In this document: positions 40,676 through 49,448 of the stretch, piece after piece
Position numbering within the stretch: position 1 is the first letter of the stretch
How the letters are laid out: every line of letters begins with the position of its first letter
Source of the DNA: Dehalococcoidia bacterium
GTDB taxonomy: Bacteria; Chloroflexota; Dehalococcoidia; UBA2979
Reading direction: 5' to 3'
DNA: 64,000 nucleotides
Assembly: GCA_020634075.1 (NCBI GenBank)
Contig: JACKCJ010000013.1
Span: forward strand, 3,298-67,297
Notes under the pieces: model-generated
The model's input: only the letters and a program-made list of their open reading frames with translations
What the model was told of the DNA's origin: nothing
Databases searched by the model: none
Program-made: the position numbers and the translations under genes

Positions 40676-41769
40676 TTACGCGTCGACCGAGAGCTCCGCC
40701 TCAGCCTCGACCGCTTCCGCGGTGGCCGGAGGGGCGAACGACTCGACGGGGGCGGCGCCCTTCACACCGGCGAGGCTGCGCACGCGCTGCTCGATCTCGG
40801 TGCCCATCTCGAGGTTCTCGCCGAGGAACTTCACAGCGTTCATGCGGCCCTGCCCGAGGCGGACGTCGCCGTAGGAGTAGAACGCGCCGGTCTTCTTGAT
40901 GACGTCGTGCTCGACCGCGAGGTCGATGACGTCGCCCCAGTGGTTAATGCCGTGCATGTCCGAGGTGAACATGATGTCGAACTCGGCCTGGCGGAACGGC
41001 GGGGCGACCTTGTTCTTCACGACCTTGCAGCGCACGCGGTTGCCGATGAACGTCTGGCCGTCCTTCAGCGATTCGATGCGCCGGATGTCGATGCGGACCG
41101 ACGAGTAGAACTTCAGCGCGCGGCCGCCGGGAGTGGTCTCCGGGTTGCCGAAGACGACGCCGACCTTCTCGCGGAGCTGGTTGATGAAGACGAGGGCGGT
41201 GTTGGTGCGGGAGACCGCAGCGGTCAGCTTGCGCATCGCCTGGGACATGAGGCGTGCCTGCAGGCCGGGGAGGGAGTCGCCCATGTCACCCTCGAGTTCC
41301 GCGCGCGGCACGAGGGCGGCGACGGAGTCGACGATCACGATGTCGATCGCCTGCGAGCGGATCAGCGCTTCGCAGATCTCGAGGGCCTGCTCACCGGTGT
41401 CCGGCTGCGAGATGAGGAGGTCGTCGACGTTGATGCCACACTGCGCGGCGTACTCCGGGTCGAGCGCGTGCTCGACGTCGATGTAGGCGGCGGTGCCGCC
41501 GGCCTTCTGGGCCTCGGCAATGATGTGCTGGGCGAGCGTGGACTTACCGGCCGACTCCGGACCGTAGATCTCGGTGATGCGGCCGCGCGGGACGCCGCCG
41601 ATGCCGAGGGCGATGTCGAGCGAGAGCGCGCCGGTCGGGATGCCGGAGACGTTCATCGAGGCGCTCGGGTCGCCGAGGCGCATGATGGCGCCCTTGCCGT
41701 GGTCCTTGGTGATCTGCTCGAGCGCCTTCGCCAGGAGGTCTGCGCGCTGCTTCTTCTCGTCGACGGCCA
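40676..41769 (-). CDS. recA: Recombinase RecA
   Basis: [61 protein letters not shown]. Confidence 0.99.
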
Positions 41770-41840
41770 TGGCCTTGCGCCTCTCGTTCTCTCGGATGGT
41801 TCGAGTCAGTAGTGCAGGCCCCCGCCCGACTGTTCGGAAC

Positions 41841-41869
41841 ACTAGAACGCGCGTTCTACAGTGTCAACA
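41841..41869 (-). promoter_or_regulatory. recA promoter with embedded LexA/SOS box
   Basis: Minus strand TTGACA-17 bp-TAGTGT, spacer contains GAACGCGCGTTC (41847..41858) within 16-bp palindrome TAGAACGCGCGTTCTA (41845..41860). Confidence 0.85.
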
Positions 41870-41996
41870 CCCTTCGTCACTGGAGGTGTCATTTCACGAC
41901 GATCTGTGGTGTCCAGTGGTGTCGCCGCGTTCCGAATGCCGTCGCTGGTCATCGTACCGCCTCGACGCAGGGTCGGGAGGGAGTCAGGATCGGGCC

Positions 41997-42272
41997 ATGG
42001 CTCGCATCACGATCCGCTTGAGCCCGAGGGCGTCCCGCGAGGAGATCGCGGGGGAGCGCGATGGCGCGGTGCTCGTGCGGGTCACGGCGCCGCCAGTGGA
42101 CGGCGCGGCGAACGAAGCGCTGGTGAAGCTGTTGGCGAAGACGTTGCGAGTGCCGAAGAGCGCGGTCGCGATCGTCTCCGGCGAGACGTCGCGCACGAAG
42201 CTCGTCGAGGTCCACGGGGTCGAGGAAGCCGATCTCCGGGCTCGCCTCGGTCTGGGTGCCGGCGGCGGTTAG
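41997..42272 (+). CDS. yggU: DUF167/YggU family protein
   Basis: ITIRLSPRASREEIAG...VRVTAPPVDGAANEALVKLLAKTLRVPKSAVAIVSGETSRTKLVEV. Confidence 0.92.
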   Translation: MARITIRLSPRASREEIAGERDGAVLVRVTAPPVDGAANEALVKLLAKTLRVPKSAVAIVSGETSRTKLVEVHGVEEADLRARLGLGAGGG

Positions 42273-42529
42273 AAGCTCGACGCCGAGTTCAGCAGGGCCG
42301 AGGCGATGAAGAAGAGCAGCAGCATCGCGACCATCGGCGTGATGTCGATCATGCCGATCGGGGGGATCACCTTCCGGAGCGGCTCCAGTACCGGGTCCGT
42401 GACGGCGTTCAGGAACTGCACGATGGGGCCGTTCCGGTCGATCGGGAACCAGGTGAGGATCGCCCGCGCGAAGATCGCGAAGGCGAGGAACTGGACGAGG
42501 TAGCCCACCGCGAGGACCAGCATTCCCAT
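42269..42529 (-). CDS. yggT: YggT family protein
   Basis: 86 aa ILTWFPIDRNGPIVQFLNAVTDPVLEPLRKVIPPIGMIDITPMVAMLLLFF. Confidence 0.93.
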   Translation of the reverse strand: MGMLVLAVGYLVQFLAFAIFARAILTWFPIDRNGPIVQFLNAVTDPVLEPLRKVIPPIGMIDITPMVAMLLLFFIASALLNSASSF

Positions 42530-42532
42530 GGG

Positions 42533-43369
42533 TTACTCCCCCAGATCGCGCGCACGCTCGTACGCCGCTTCCACTGCCGAGTCGATCGCCGTGCGGAAGC
42601 CGGCGGCCTCCAGCTCGGCGAGCCCGGCGGCGGTGGTGCCGCCCGGCGAGGTCACCTGGTTGCGCAGCGCCGCCGGGTGCTGTCCGGTCTCCATCGCGTA
42701 TTCGGCCGAGCCTCGGACGGTGGAGAGCACGAGCTTGAGCGCATCCGGGCGCTTCATGCCCTGGCGGACGGCCGCGTCCACCATCGCCTCGATCATCAGG
42801 TAGACATAGCCCGGCCCGGAGCCGTGCACGGCGGTCGCGAGGTCGACCTCGTCGTCCGAATGCACCTCGACGTATCCGGTGGCGACGGCGCTCAGCACGC
42901 GCTCGAGGTGGGCGCGCTGCGCACCGGTGACCTCGGACGATGGGTAGTAGACGGCGGCGCCGGCGCCGATGGCGGCCGGGAGGTTGGGCATCACGCGGAC
43001 CGCGGCTCGGTGCCCGGTGTAGCGGCGAAGGTCGTCGAGGCGCACACCGGCGGCGATGGACACCACGACGGCGTCGCGCCCGAACTTGCCGGTGAGGTTC
43101 TCCGCGACGGTGGGGAGGTCCTGCGGCTTCACCGCGAGGATGACGACATCCGCCCCGATGCAGGCGCTCTCGGCGTCATCGGTCACACGCACGCCGTGCT
43201 CACTGAGCTGTGCTCGACGGGCCGGCACCACCTCGGCGACGGCGACGTCTCCCGGCGCGGCCACCTCCGCGCGGAGGATGCCGCGCAGGAACGCCTCGCC
43301 CATGAAGCCGCCGCCGATGATGCCGATGCGCATCGTGACCCCTCGTCGATGCTGTGCCGTCGATGGCAT
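42533..43369 (-). CDS. proC: Pyrroline-5-carboxylate reductase
   Basis: IGIIGGGFMGEAFLRGIL...VILAVKPQDLP...HGSGPGYVYLMIEAMVDAAVRQGM...VTSPGGTTAAGL. Confidence 0.96.
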   Translation of the reverse strand: MPSTAQHRRGVTMRIGIIGGGFMGEAFLRGILRAEVAAPGDVAVAEVVPARRAQLSEHGVRVTDDAESACIGADVVILAVKPQDLPTVAENLTGKFGRDAVVVSIAAGVRLDDLRRYTGHRAAVRVMPNLPAAIGAGAAVYYPSSEVTGAQRAHLERVLSAVATGYVEVHSDDEVDLATAVHGSGPGYVYLMIEAMVDAAVRQGMKRPDALKLVLSTVRGSAEYAMETGQHPAALRNQVTSPGGTTAAGLAELEAAGFRTAIDSAVEAAYERARDLGE

Positions 43370-43481
43370 GCCGTCGCGCGGACGAAGGTCCGGAGCGAAG
43401 CGGCGGAGTATGACTTCGAAGCCTAAGGGATCGCGACGCCTACGGGCTGGCAGTCGGTGTCATCCGAGGGGGCCGCAGGGG

Positions 43482-44177
43482 TCAGGGCAGGCGGTCGCCG
43501 AAGATCGCGCGCCCCACGCGTACCACCGTCGCGCCTTCTTCGATGGCGACCTCGAAGTCGTCCGTCATTCCCATCGAGAGCTCCGAGAGGCCGTGCTCAG
43601 CGGCCAGCTCGCGGAGCGCGCGGAAGACCGGTCGCACCTCCTCGGGGTCCTTCACGCGAGGCGCGACTGTCATCAAGCCGCGGACATCGAGGATCTCAGC
43701 CGACCGGGCGGCTGCGAGGAGCGGCCCCACGTCGGACGGTGCGATCCCCTCCTTCTGGGCCTCGCCGGCCACGTTGACCTCGAGGAAGCAGCGGAGCGGC
43801 CGATGCCCCGGGCGTGCCTCGGCAGCACGGGTCGCGATCTCCCGGACGAGCCGCTCGGAGTCGAGCGAGTGCAGGACGTCGATGTAGGGGAGGGCGTCTC
43901 GCACCTTGTTGCGCTGGAGATGGCCGATGAAGTGCCACTCGGCAGCCAGTCCGCGCTCCCGGGCGGCGAGGGCCTTCGGGACGAACTCCTGGGCGCGGTT
44001 CTCGCCGAACACGCGGAGTCCAGCGGTGACGGCCTCCTCGACGGCTTCGATCGGGTGCGTCTTGGACACCGCGACGAGGGTGACCTCATCGGCACTCCGG
44101 CCGCTACGGGCGCACGCCGCCTCGATGCGGTGTCGCACTTCGGCGGCACGGGTGGCGATGGACGTCGTCGCGGTCAT
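43482..44177 (-). CDS. yggS: YggS-family pyridoxal phosphate homeostasis protein
   Basis: [11 protein letters not shown]...[13 protein letters not shown]...[11 protein letters not shown]...[28 protein letters not shown]. Confidence 0.95.
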   Translation of the reverse strand: MTATTSIATRAAEVRHRIEAACARSGRSADEVTLVAVSKTHPIEAVEEAVTAGLRVFGENRAQEFVPKALAARERGLAAEWHFIGHLQRNKVRDALPYIDVLHSLDSERLVREIATRAAEARPGHRPLRCFLEVNVAGEAQKEGIAPSDVGPLLAAARSAEILDVRGLMTVAPRVKDPEEVRPVFRALRELAAEHGLSELSMGMTDDFEVAIEEGATVVRVGRAIFGDRLP

Positions 44178-44192
44178 GGAGATGAGCCAGGC

Positions 44193-44471
44193 CTACGGTC
44201 GGCGGCGGCTGAAGATCTCCTCCTCGAGCGTGCGCTGCGACTGCTTGTCGCGCTCGACGAGGCGCCAGACGCCGAGGCCGAGGATGGCGATCGGGCCGAG
44301 CGAGAGGATCGGGTGGATGGACAGCAGCCACACGGCGGCGCCCAGGAGAAAGAGCACCCCGAAGATGACGAGCATCGGGATGGCCAGCAGGCCAAGCACG
44401 ACGCGGCTCATCACGAAGATCTCGCTCCAGGAGCCTTCCGGATCCTGCTGGGGCGGTTGATATCCGTACAT
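44193..44471 (-). CDS. Small hypothetical membrane protein
   Basis: MYGYQPPQQDPEGSWSEIFVMSRVVLGLLAIPMLVIFGVLFLLGAAVW... Confidence 0.65.
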   Translation of the reverse strand: MYGYQPPQQDPEGSWSEIFVMSRVVLGLLAIPMLVIFGVLFLLGAAVWLLSIHPILSLGPIAILGLGVWRLVERDKQSQRTLEEEIFSRRRP

Positions 44472-44553
44472 GCGTCCAGTGTAGGCGTCGCGAGCGTCGG
44501 CAACGTTGCGTGATGGCGTCAGGTGTAGCATCCCGCGCGCGAGGGGGTGTGCG

Positions 44554-45429
44554 ATGACAGGTTCCTTCAGACTCGGTGACGTCGAGATCACGTACGTCGA
44601 GGAGCTCACGCTCCCGACCTCGGTCCGGTGGATGCTCGAAGGGGTGGAGCGAGACGCCGTGGCCGCGTGCTCGTCATGGATGCAGCCGCACTACCAGAAC
44701 GCGGACGGCTACCTCCTCCAGAGCATCCACACGCTCGTCGTGCGGACGCCGGACCGGCTCATGCTGGTGGACACGGGCGTCGGCAACGGCAAGGAGCGCG
44801 GTGGTGGTATCCCGGCGTTCAACCTGCTCGACACGGACTTCCTCGACCGCCTCGCCGCCGCCGGCGTCGACCCGGACGAGGTGGACACCGTCCTGTGCAC
44901 GCACATGCATACCGACCACGTTGGCTGGGACACCCACCTCGAGGATGGACAGTGGGTGCCGACGTTCCCCAACGCGCGCCACCTGTTCGTCGAGCAGGAG
45001 TGGATGCACTGGCACGAGGTCGCCCGGGACGCTGAGGCGACCGCCCGCCTGCTGGCAGACTCCATCACGCCGGTGTTCGAGGCCGGTCTCGTGGACCTCG
45101 TGCCGGCCGACTACCAGGTCACCGAGCAGGTCAGGCTCGTCCCCTCGCACGGTCACAGCCCCGGCCACGTGACCGTCGAGGTCACCTCGGGCGGACGGAC
45201 GGCGGCGCTCATCGGCGACGTCATGCACTCGCCGCTCCAGGCGGCGTTCCCGGACGTGAAGCCGCCGCTCGATCGTGAGCTGGAGGCACCCGCGCGGGCA
45301 CGCCACGCCGTCCTCGAGCGCTACGCGGACACCGACACGCTGGTCCTCGGGGCGCACTGGCCGTGGCCGCCGGCGCTGATCCGCCGTGAGGGCGACGCCT
45401 ACCGCGTGGATGCCGCGGAGGACTTGTGA
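44554..45429 (+). CDS. MBL-fold metallo-hydrolase
   Basis: LVDTGVGNG, CTHMHTDHVGWDT, LVPSHGHSPGHVTV, LGAHWPWP. Confidence 0.93.
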   Translation: MTGSFRLGDVEITYVEELTLPTSVRWMLEGVERDAVAACSSWMQPHYQNADGYLLQSIHTLVVRTPDRLMLVDTGVGNGKERGGGIPAFNLLDTDFLDRLAAAGVDPDEVDTVLCTHMHTDHVGWDTHLEDGQWVPTFPNARHLFVEQEWMHWHEVARDAEATARLLADSITPVFEAGLVDLVPADYQVTEQVRLVPSHGHSPGHVTVEVTSGGRTAALIGDVMHSPLQAAFPDVKPPLDRELEAPARARHAVLERYADTDTLVLGAHWPWPPALIRREGDAYRVDAAEDL

Positions 45430-45431
45430 TG

Positions 45432-45463
45432 CATGATGCGTGATGCTAGCATCACGCATCATG
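45432..45463. promoter_or_regulatory. Perfect 32-bp palindrome, candidate toxin-antitoxin operator
   Basis: CATGATGCGTGATGCTAGCATCACGCATCATG is its own reverse complement; last three bases are the antitoxin ATG. Confidence 0.75.
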
Positions 45464-45730
45464 GTGAAGAGAACCACGGTCTCAGCCGAAGAAGACGACC
45501 TCGCCACCCTGGAACGGGAGGCGAAGCGTCGCGGTGTCTCCTTGTCTCTGATGCTCCGGGAGGCGGTCATGGAGTACGCAGCCGAAATCCGGGAGGCGAA
45601 CCGTCCGCGCTTCGGCTATACCTCCGGACCGGAAGACGTCGCGCAGGAATCCGTGGATGACGAGGACGCGCCGTACCGCCACCTGAAGTCGCAGATGGAC
45701 GACCACGACTCCGCGTCGGCGACCAGGTAG
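45461..45730 (+). CDS. Ribbon-helix-helix-like antitoxin (VapB-like)
   Basis: MVKRTTVSAEEDDLATLEREAKRRGVSLSLMLREAVMEYAAE; directly abuts PIN-domain gene. Confidence 0.8.
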   Translation: MVKRTTVSAEEDDLATLEREAKRRGVSLSLMLREAVMEYAAEIREANRPRFGYTSGPEDVAQESVDDEDAPYRHLKSQMDDHDSASATR

Positions 45731-46147
45731 GTGGCGCTCGTCCTCGATACCGGGGTGGTGCTGGCGCTCCTCAACGCGAAGGATCGCTACCACCGCGCCT
45801 GTGTCGAGCTCGCCATGGGCACGCGGGAGCCGCTGGTCATCCCGGCGGCGATTCTCGGCGAGGTCGACTACTGGATTGCGCAGCGCCTCGATCCTCGGGC
45901 GTGGCGCATCCTGATCGAGGACATCGACCGCGGCGCGTACCTCCTCGAACCGACCACCGAGGAGGACCTTGTCCGGACGGTCTCGCTACAGGATCAGTAC
46001 CCGAGCCTCTCGCTCGGCTTCGTGGACGCCGCCGTGATCGCGGTGTGCGAACGCCTTGGAGAGCGCAAAGTCGCGACGGTGGACCGCCGCGACTTCTCGG
46101 TGGTCGTGCCGCGGCACGCGCCCTACCTCGAGATCCTCCCGGCCTGA
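45731..46147 (+). CDS. PIN-domain toxin (VapC-like)
   Basis: LVLDTGVVLALLNAKDRYHRAC...ILGEVDYW...FVDAAVIAVCERLGERKVATVDRRDF acidic PIN residues; GTG start. Confidence 0.88.
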   Translation: MALVLDTGVVLALLNAKDRYHRACVELAMGTREPLVIPAAILGEVDYWIAQRLDPRAWRILIEDIDRGAYLLEPTTEEDLVRTVSLQDQYPSLSLGFVDAAVIAVCERLGERKVATVDRRDFSVVVPRHAPYLEILPA

Positions 46148-46171
46148 CCGGCTCTCAAACGCACGCGAACC

Positions 46172-48421
46172 TCAGGAGCACTTCGAGTAGCCGCACGCCT
46201 GGCAGGTGAGGCAGCGCTCGAGGTATTCGAGCTGCTCGCCGCAGTCCGGGCACGTGAGGCCGGACATCGTCCGTTCGCCCTCCACGCGCGGCAACTCGAC
46301 GCCGAAGCGGAGCCGCAGCCAGCGGAAGACATAATCGAGGATGCTCGTCGCGAACGGGATGTCCGGGTTCGACGTGATTCCGTACGGCTCGAAGCGTGTC
46401 TGCTCGAGCTTTGCGGCGATCTTCTCGAGGCCCACCCCGTACTGGAGCGAGATCGAGGTCAGGAGGGCGACCGCGTCCGTCAGGCCGGAGACCGTCGAGC
46501 CTTCCTTGGCGATCTTGATGAAGACCTCACCGGGCGTGCCGTCCTCGAAGAGCCCGACCGTGACGTAGCCCTCCTGCTCGCCCACGCGGAACTTGTGCGT
46601 GATCGACTGGCGCTCGTCCGGGAGGTGGCGACGGTAGGGCGCCGGCGCGGGCGTACCCGTGGAGGCCGGCGCCTCGCGCGGCTCGTGCGCGAGCACCTGC
46701 ACGGCTCGAGAGCCGTCCCGGTAGACCGTGACGCCCTTGCAGCCGAGCCGGTGCGCCAGCAGGTAGACGTCGCGGATGTCGGCGGCGGTCGCCTCGCGCG
46801 GGAGGTTCACGGTCTTCGAGACCGCGAGGTCCGTGTGTTCCTGGAACGCTGCCTGCATGCGGACGTGCCAGGGGGGCGCGATGTCGTGTGCGGTGGCGAA
46901 CCACGCGCGGATGTCCTCGGGCACCTCGGTGCGGTCGCCGAGGCGGTCACCGTGTGCGAGGTCGTCCATGAGGTCTTCGCTCCAGAAGCCACGCTCGCGC
47001 GCGACTTCCTGGAAGCGTGCGTTCACCTCGGGCAGGATCGTGCCGTCGCCCATGCGCCGGTAGTGCGCGAGCGAGAAGTACGGCTCGATGCCGGACGACG
47101 CGCCCGCGATGATCGCGATCGTGCCGGTCGGGGCGATACAGGTGCGGGTGGCGTTCCGGAAGCGCCGGTTGGCGCCGTGCGGGCCGTAGATCGACTGCTC
47201 CCAGTTCGGGAACACGCCCTTCTCCGTGCCCAGCGCCTCGGAGACCCCGTCGGCCGCGTCCTGGATGTGCGCCATCACGCGCGCGCCGAGGGCGAGCGCT
47301 TCGTCCGAGGCGTACGGGATCGCGGCGGCGTTGAGGGCGTCCGCCCAGCCCATCACGCCGAGCCCGATCTTCCGGTTGCCGCGCACGGCCTCCGTGATCT
47401 GTGGGACCGGGAACTCGTTGACCTCGACGACCCCGTCGAGGAAGCGCGCGGCGACGCGGACCGTCGCTGCGAGGGCGTCCCAGTCGAAGTCACGGGCGTC
47501 GGCGTCCCAGAACAGCCCGAGGTTCACCGAGCCGAGCGTGCACGCCTCCCAGGGCAGGAGGGGCACCTCGCCGCACGGGTTGGTCGCCTCGATCGCGCCG
47601 AGGGCGGGCGTTGGGTTCGTCGCGTTGATTGTGTCGAGGAAGATCAGGCCCGGGTCACCGGTCTGCCACGCGGAGTCCACGATCTCGTCGAGCAGTTCGC
47701 GCGCATCGACCTCGCCGCGTGGAGCGCCGTCGCGCGGGTCGCGGAGCGTGAAGCGACGCGCGGACTCGGAACTGGCCGCGGCCGCGTCCATGAACTCCTG
47801 CGTGACGGCCACCGAGACGTTGAAGCGCGTCGCGGTGATGCCGTCGTCCTTGGCGTGGATGAACTCGCGGATGTCGGGGTGGTCGACGCGCAGGACGCCC
47901 ATGTTGGCGCCGTCGCGCTTCCCCCCCTGCGTCACCAGCCGCGACACGTCGTCATAGTGCCTGAGGACGCTCACAGGGCCGCAGGCGGCACCGTGGGTGG
48001 TCCGGATGGCCTCGCCCTTGCCTCGGAGGTTCGAGAACGAGAAGCCGGTGCCGCCGCCGTACTTCTGCACCATCGCCGTCGCCTCGGCCGTGGCCATGAT
48101 CGACTCGAGGGTGTCCTCCACCGGGAGGACGAAGCACGCGGCGAGGGTGCCCTGGCCGGTCCCCGCGTTCATCAGCGTCGGGGAGTTGGGCAGGAAGCGG
48201 AGCGCAGCCATCTCGTCGTAGTAGCGCTGCGCCCACTCGCGCCGGAGCTCCTCGGTGGCCTCGCAGGACGCGATGTGCAGCGCCACGCGGGCGAGGAGCT
48301 CCTCGGGCGTCTCGCGCACGTTGCCCTCGGCGTCGCGCAGCAGATAGCGCCGCTCGAGGACGGTGCGAGCGTTGTCGGTCAGCGTGACCGGGGTCAGGCG
48401 GAGGTCGGCGGTGGTGACCAT
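46172..48421 (-). CDS. nrdJ: Adenosylcobalamin-dependent (class II) ribonucleoside-diphosphate reductase
   Basis: FLPNSPTLMNAG, ATNPCGEVPLLPWEACTLGSVNL, GVMGWADAL, C-term zinc ribbon CPDCGEQLEYLERCLTCQACGYSKC. Confidence 0.96.
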   Translation of the reverse strand: MVTTADLRLTPVTLTDNARTVLERRYLLRDAEGNVRETPEELLARVALHIASCEATEELRREWAQRYYDEMAALRFLPNSPTLMNAGTGQGTLAACFVLPVEDTLESIMATAEATAMVQKYGGGTGFSFSNLRGKGEAIRTTHGAACGPVSVLRHYDDVSRLVTQGGKRDGANMGVLRVDHPDIREFIHAKDDGITATRFNVSVAVTQEFMDAAAASSESARRFTLRDPRDGAPRGEVDARELLDEIVDSAWQTGDPGLIFLDTINATNPTPALGAIEATNPCGEVPLLPWEACTLGSVNLGLFWDADARDFDWDALAATVRVAARFLDGVVEVNEFPVPQITEAVRGNRKIGLGVMGWADALNAAAIPYASDEALALGARVMAHIQDAADGVSEALGTEKGVFPNWEQSIYGPHGANRRFRNATRTCIAPTGTIAIIAGASSGIEPYFSLAHYRRMGDGTILPEVNARFQEVARERGFWSEDLMDDLAHGDRLGDRTEVPEDIRAWFATAHDIAPPWHVRMQAAFQEHTDLAVSKTVNLPREATAADIRDVYLLAHRLGCKGVTVYRDGSRAVQVLAHEPREAPASTGTPAPAPYRRHLPDERQSITHKFRVGEQEGYVTVGLFEDGTPGEVFIKIAKEGSTVSGLTDAVALLTSISLQYGVGLEKIAAKLEQTRFEPYGITSNPDIPFATSILDYVFRWLRLRFGVELPRVEGERTMSGLTCPDCGEQLEYLERCLTCQACGYSKCS

Positions 48422-48572
48422 GGATCGAGGATCGCACAGTCGGGGTCGGTTCTGGGACTGCGGATGGCAGTCGCTGCAGAAAAGCGGACGCCCCGCGGGC
48501 GGGTGATGCGGGGCGTCCTATGTGGCGGGAACGTGCTGTGTCGGGCCCGAGTCCTGCTCGGGTGGGTGAGGG

Positions 48573-49175
48573 CTACCGCGCCCGTCGCGCGTCGAGGGAG
48601 ACCGGCTCGCGGTCGACGTCCTCAGTCGTGGCGACGGCCTCCTCGCGGACGGGCGGGACCTCGCCGCGGATGAGGGAGTCCATGTCGTCCTCGAACAGGC
48701 GAGCCTGCTCCGGGGCGAGGGCGAACGGTCCGGCGTTCGCCATGCGGTTCAGCTCCTCCAGCATCTCGTCCAGCGAGACGAACTGGTGGTAGACGGACGC
48801 GAAGCGGATGTAGGCGATCGGGTCGAGGCCCTTGAGGCGCGTGATCGCCATCTCGCCGACGACGCGGCTGGGGATCTCGCGACGACCTGAGCCGAGCAGG
48901 CGGCCCTCGATGTCGTCGACGATGGCCTCGATCGAGCCGGTCGGCAACGGACGCTTCTGGGCGGCGATGCGCAGGCCGGCCAGGAGCTTCTCGCGGTTGA
49001 ACTCTTCGCGGCGCCCGTCCTTCTTCACGACCATGACCACGGCACGCTGGATCTGCTCGACGGTGGTGAACCGCTCGTCGCAGCCCTCGCACTCGCGGCG
49101 GCGGCGGATGCCGGCCTCGGTCGTGCGGGAGTCGATCACTTTGCTCGTGTCATGGCCACAGAAGGGGCACTTCAT
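48573..49175 (-). CDS. nrdR: Transcriptional repressor NrdR
   Basis: MKCPFCGHDTSKVIDSRTTEAGIRRRRECEGCDERFTTVEQ + ATP-cone. Confidence 0.98.
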   Translation of the reverse strand: MKCPFCGHDTSKVIDSRTTEAGIRRRRECEGCDERFTTVEQIQRAVVMVVKKDGRREEFNREKLLAGLRIAAQKRPLPTGSIEAIVDDIEGRLLGSGRREIPSRVVGEMAITRLKGLDPIAYIRFASVYHQFVSLDEMLEELNRMANAGPFALAPEQARLFEDDMDSLIRGEVPPVREEAVATTEDVDREPVSLDARRAR

Positions 49176-49400
49176 CAGAGGTGTCAGCGCTCTCGTTGGG
49201 GGAGGGGCGGTGGTTGGAACCGGGGTGGGGCGCGCCGGTGGTGAGTTCGGAGTATTGGCCCCACAGCCCGTGCCCTCAACGGGAGGCATCCACATCGTTG
49301 TCGCCCAGTTGTCCCCAAGTCTGGGGATACGAGGGCACAACCTCGCGGAATCCTGTTGAGCACGGCCGTGCGAGGCGCTCGGATGGCCCGAGACAGACGA

Positions 49401-49426
49401 ACGGGGCGGCCGTGAGGCCGCCCCGT
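49401..49426 (-). terminator. Hairpin downstream of ftsZ
   Basis: acggggcggcc-gtga-ggccgccccgt, 11-bp perfect stem, 23 bp past the ftsZ stop. Confidence 0.6.
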
Positions 49427-49448
49427 CGCATGGTCGCTGTCCTCGGCG

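Noticed and set aside
41861-43426. 521-aa plus-strand ORF over proC/yggT
   Set aside because: Low-complexity antisense shadow; yggU (41997..42272), yggT and proC explain the region
48422-48572. Cobalamin riboswitch upstream of nrdJ
   Set aside because: Gap is only about 150 bp and I could not find a convincing B12-box or conserved core by eye
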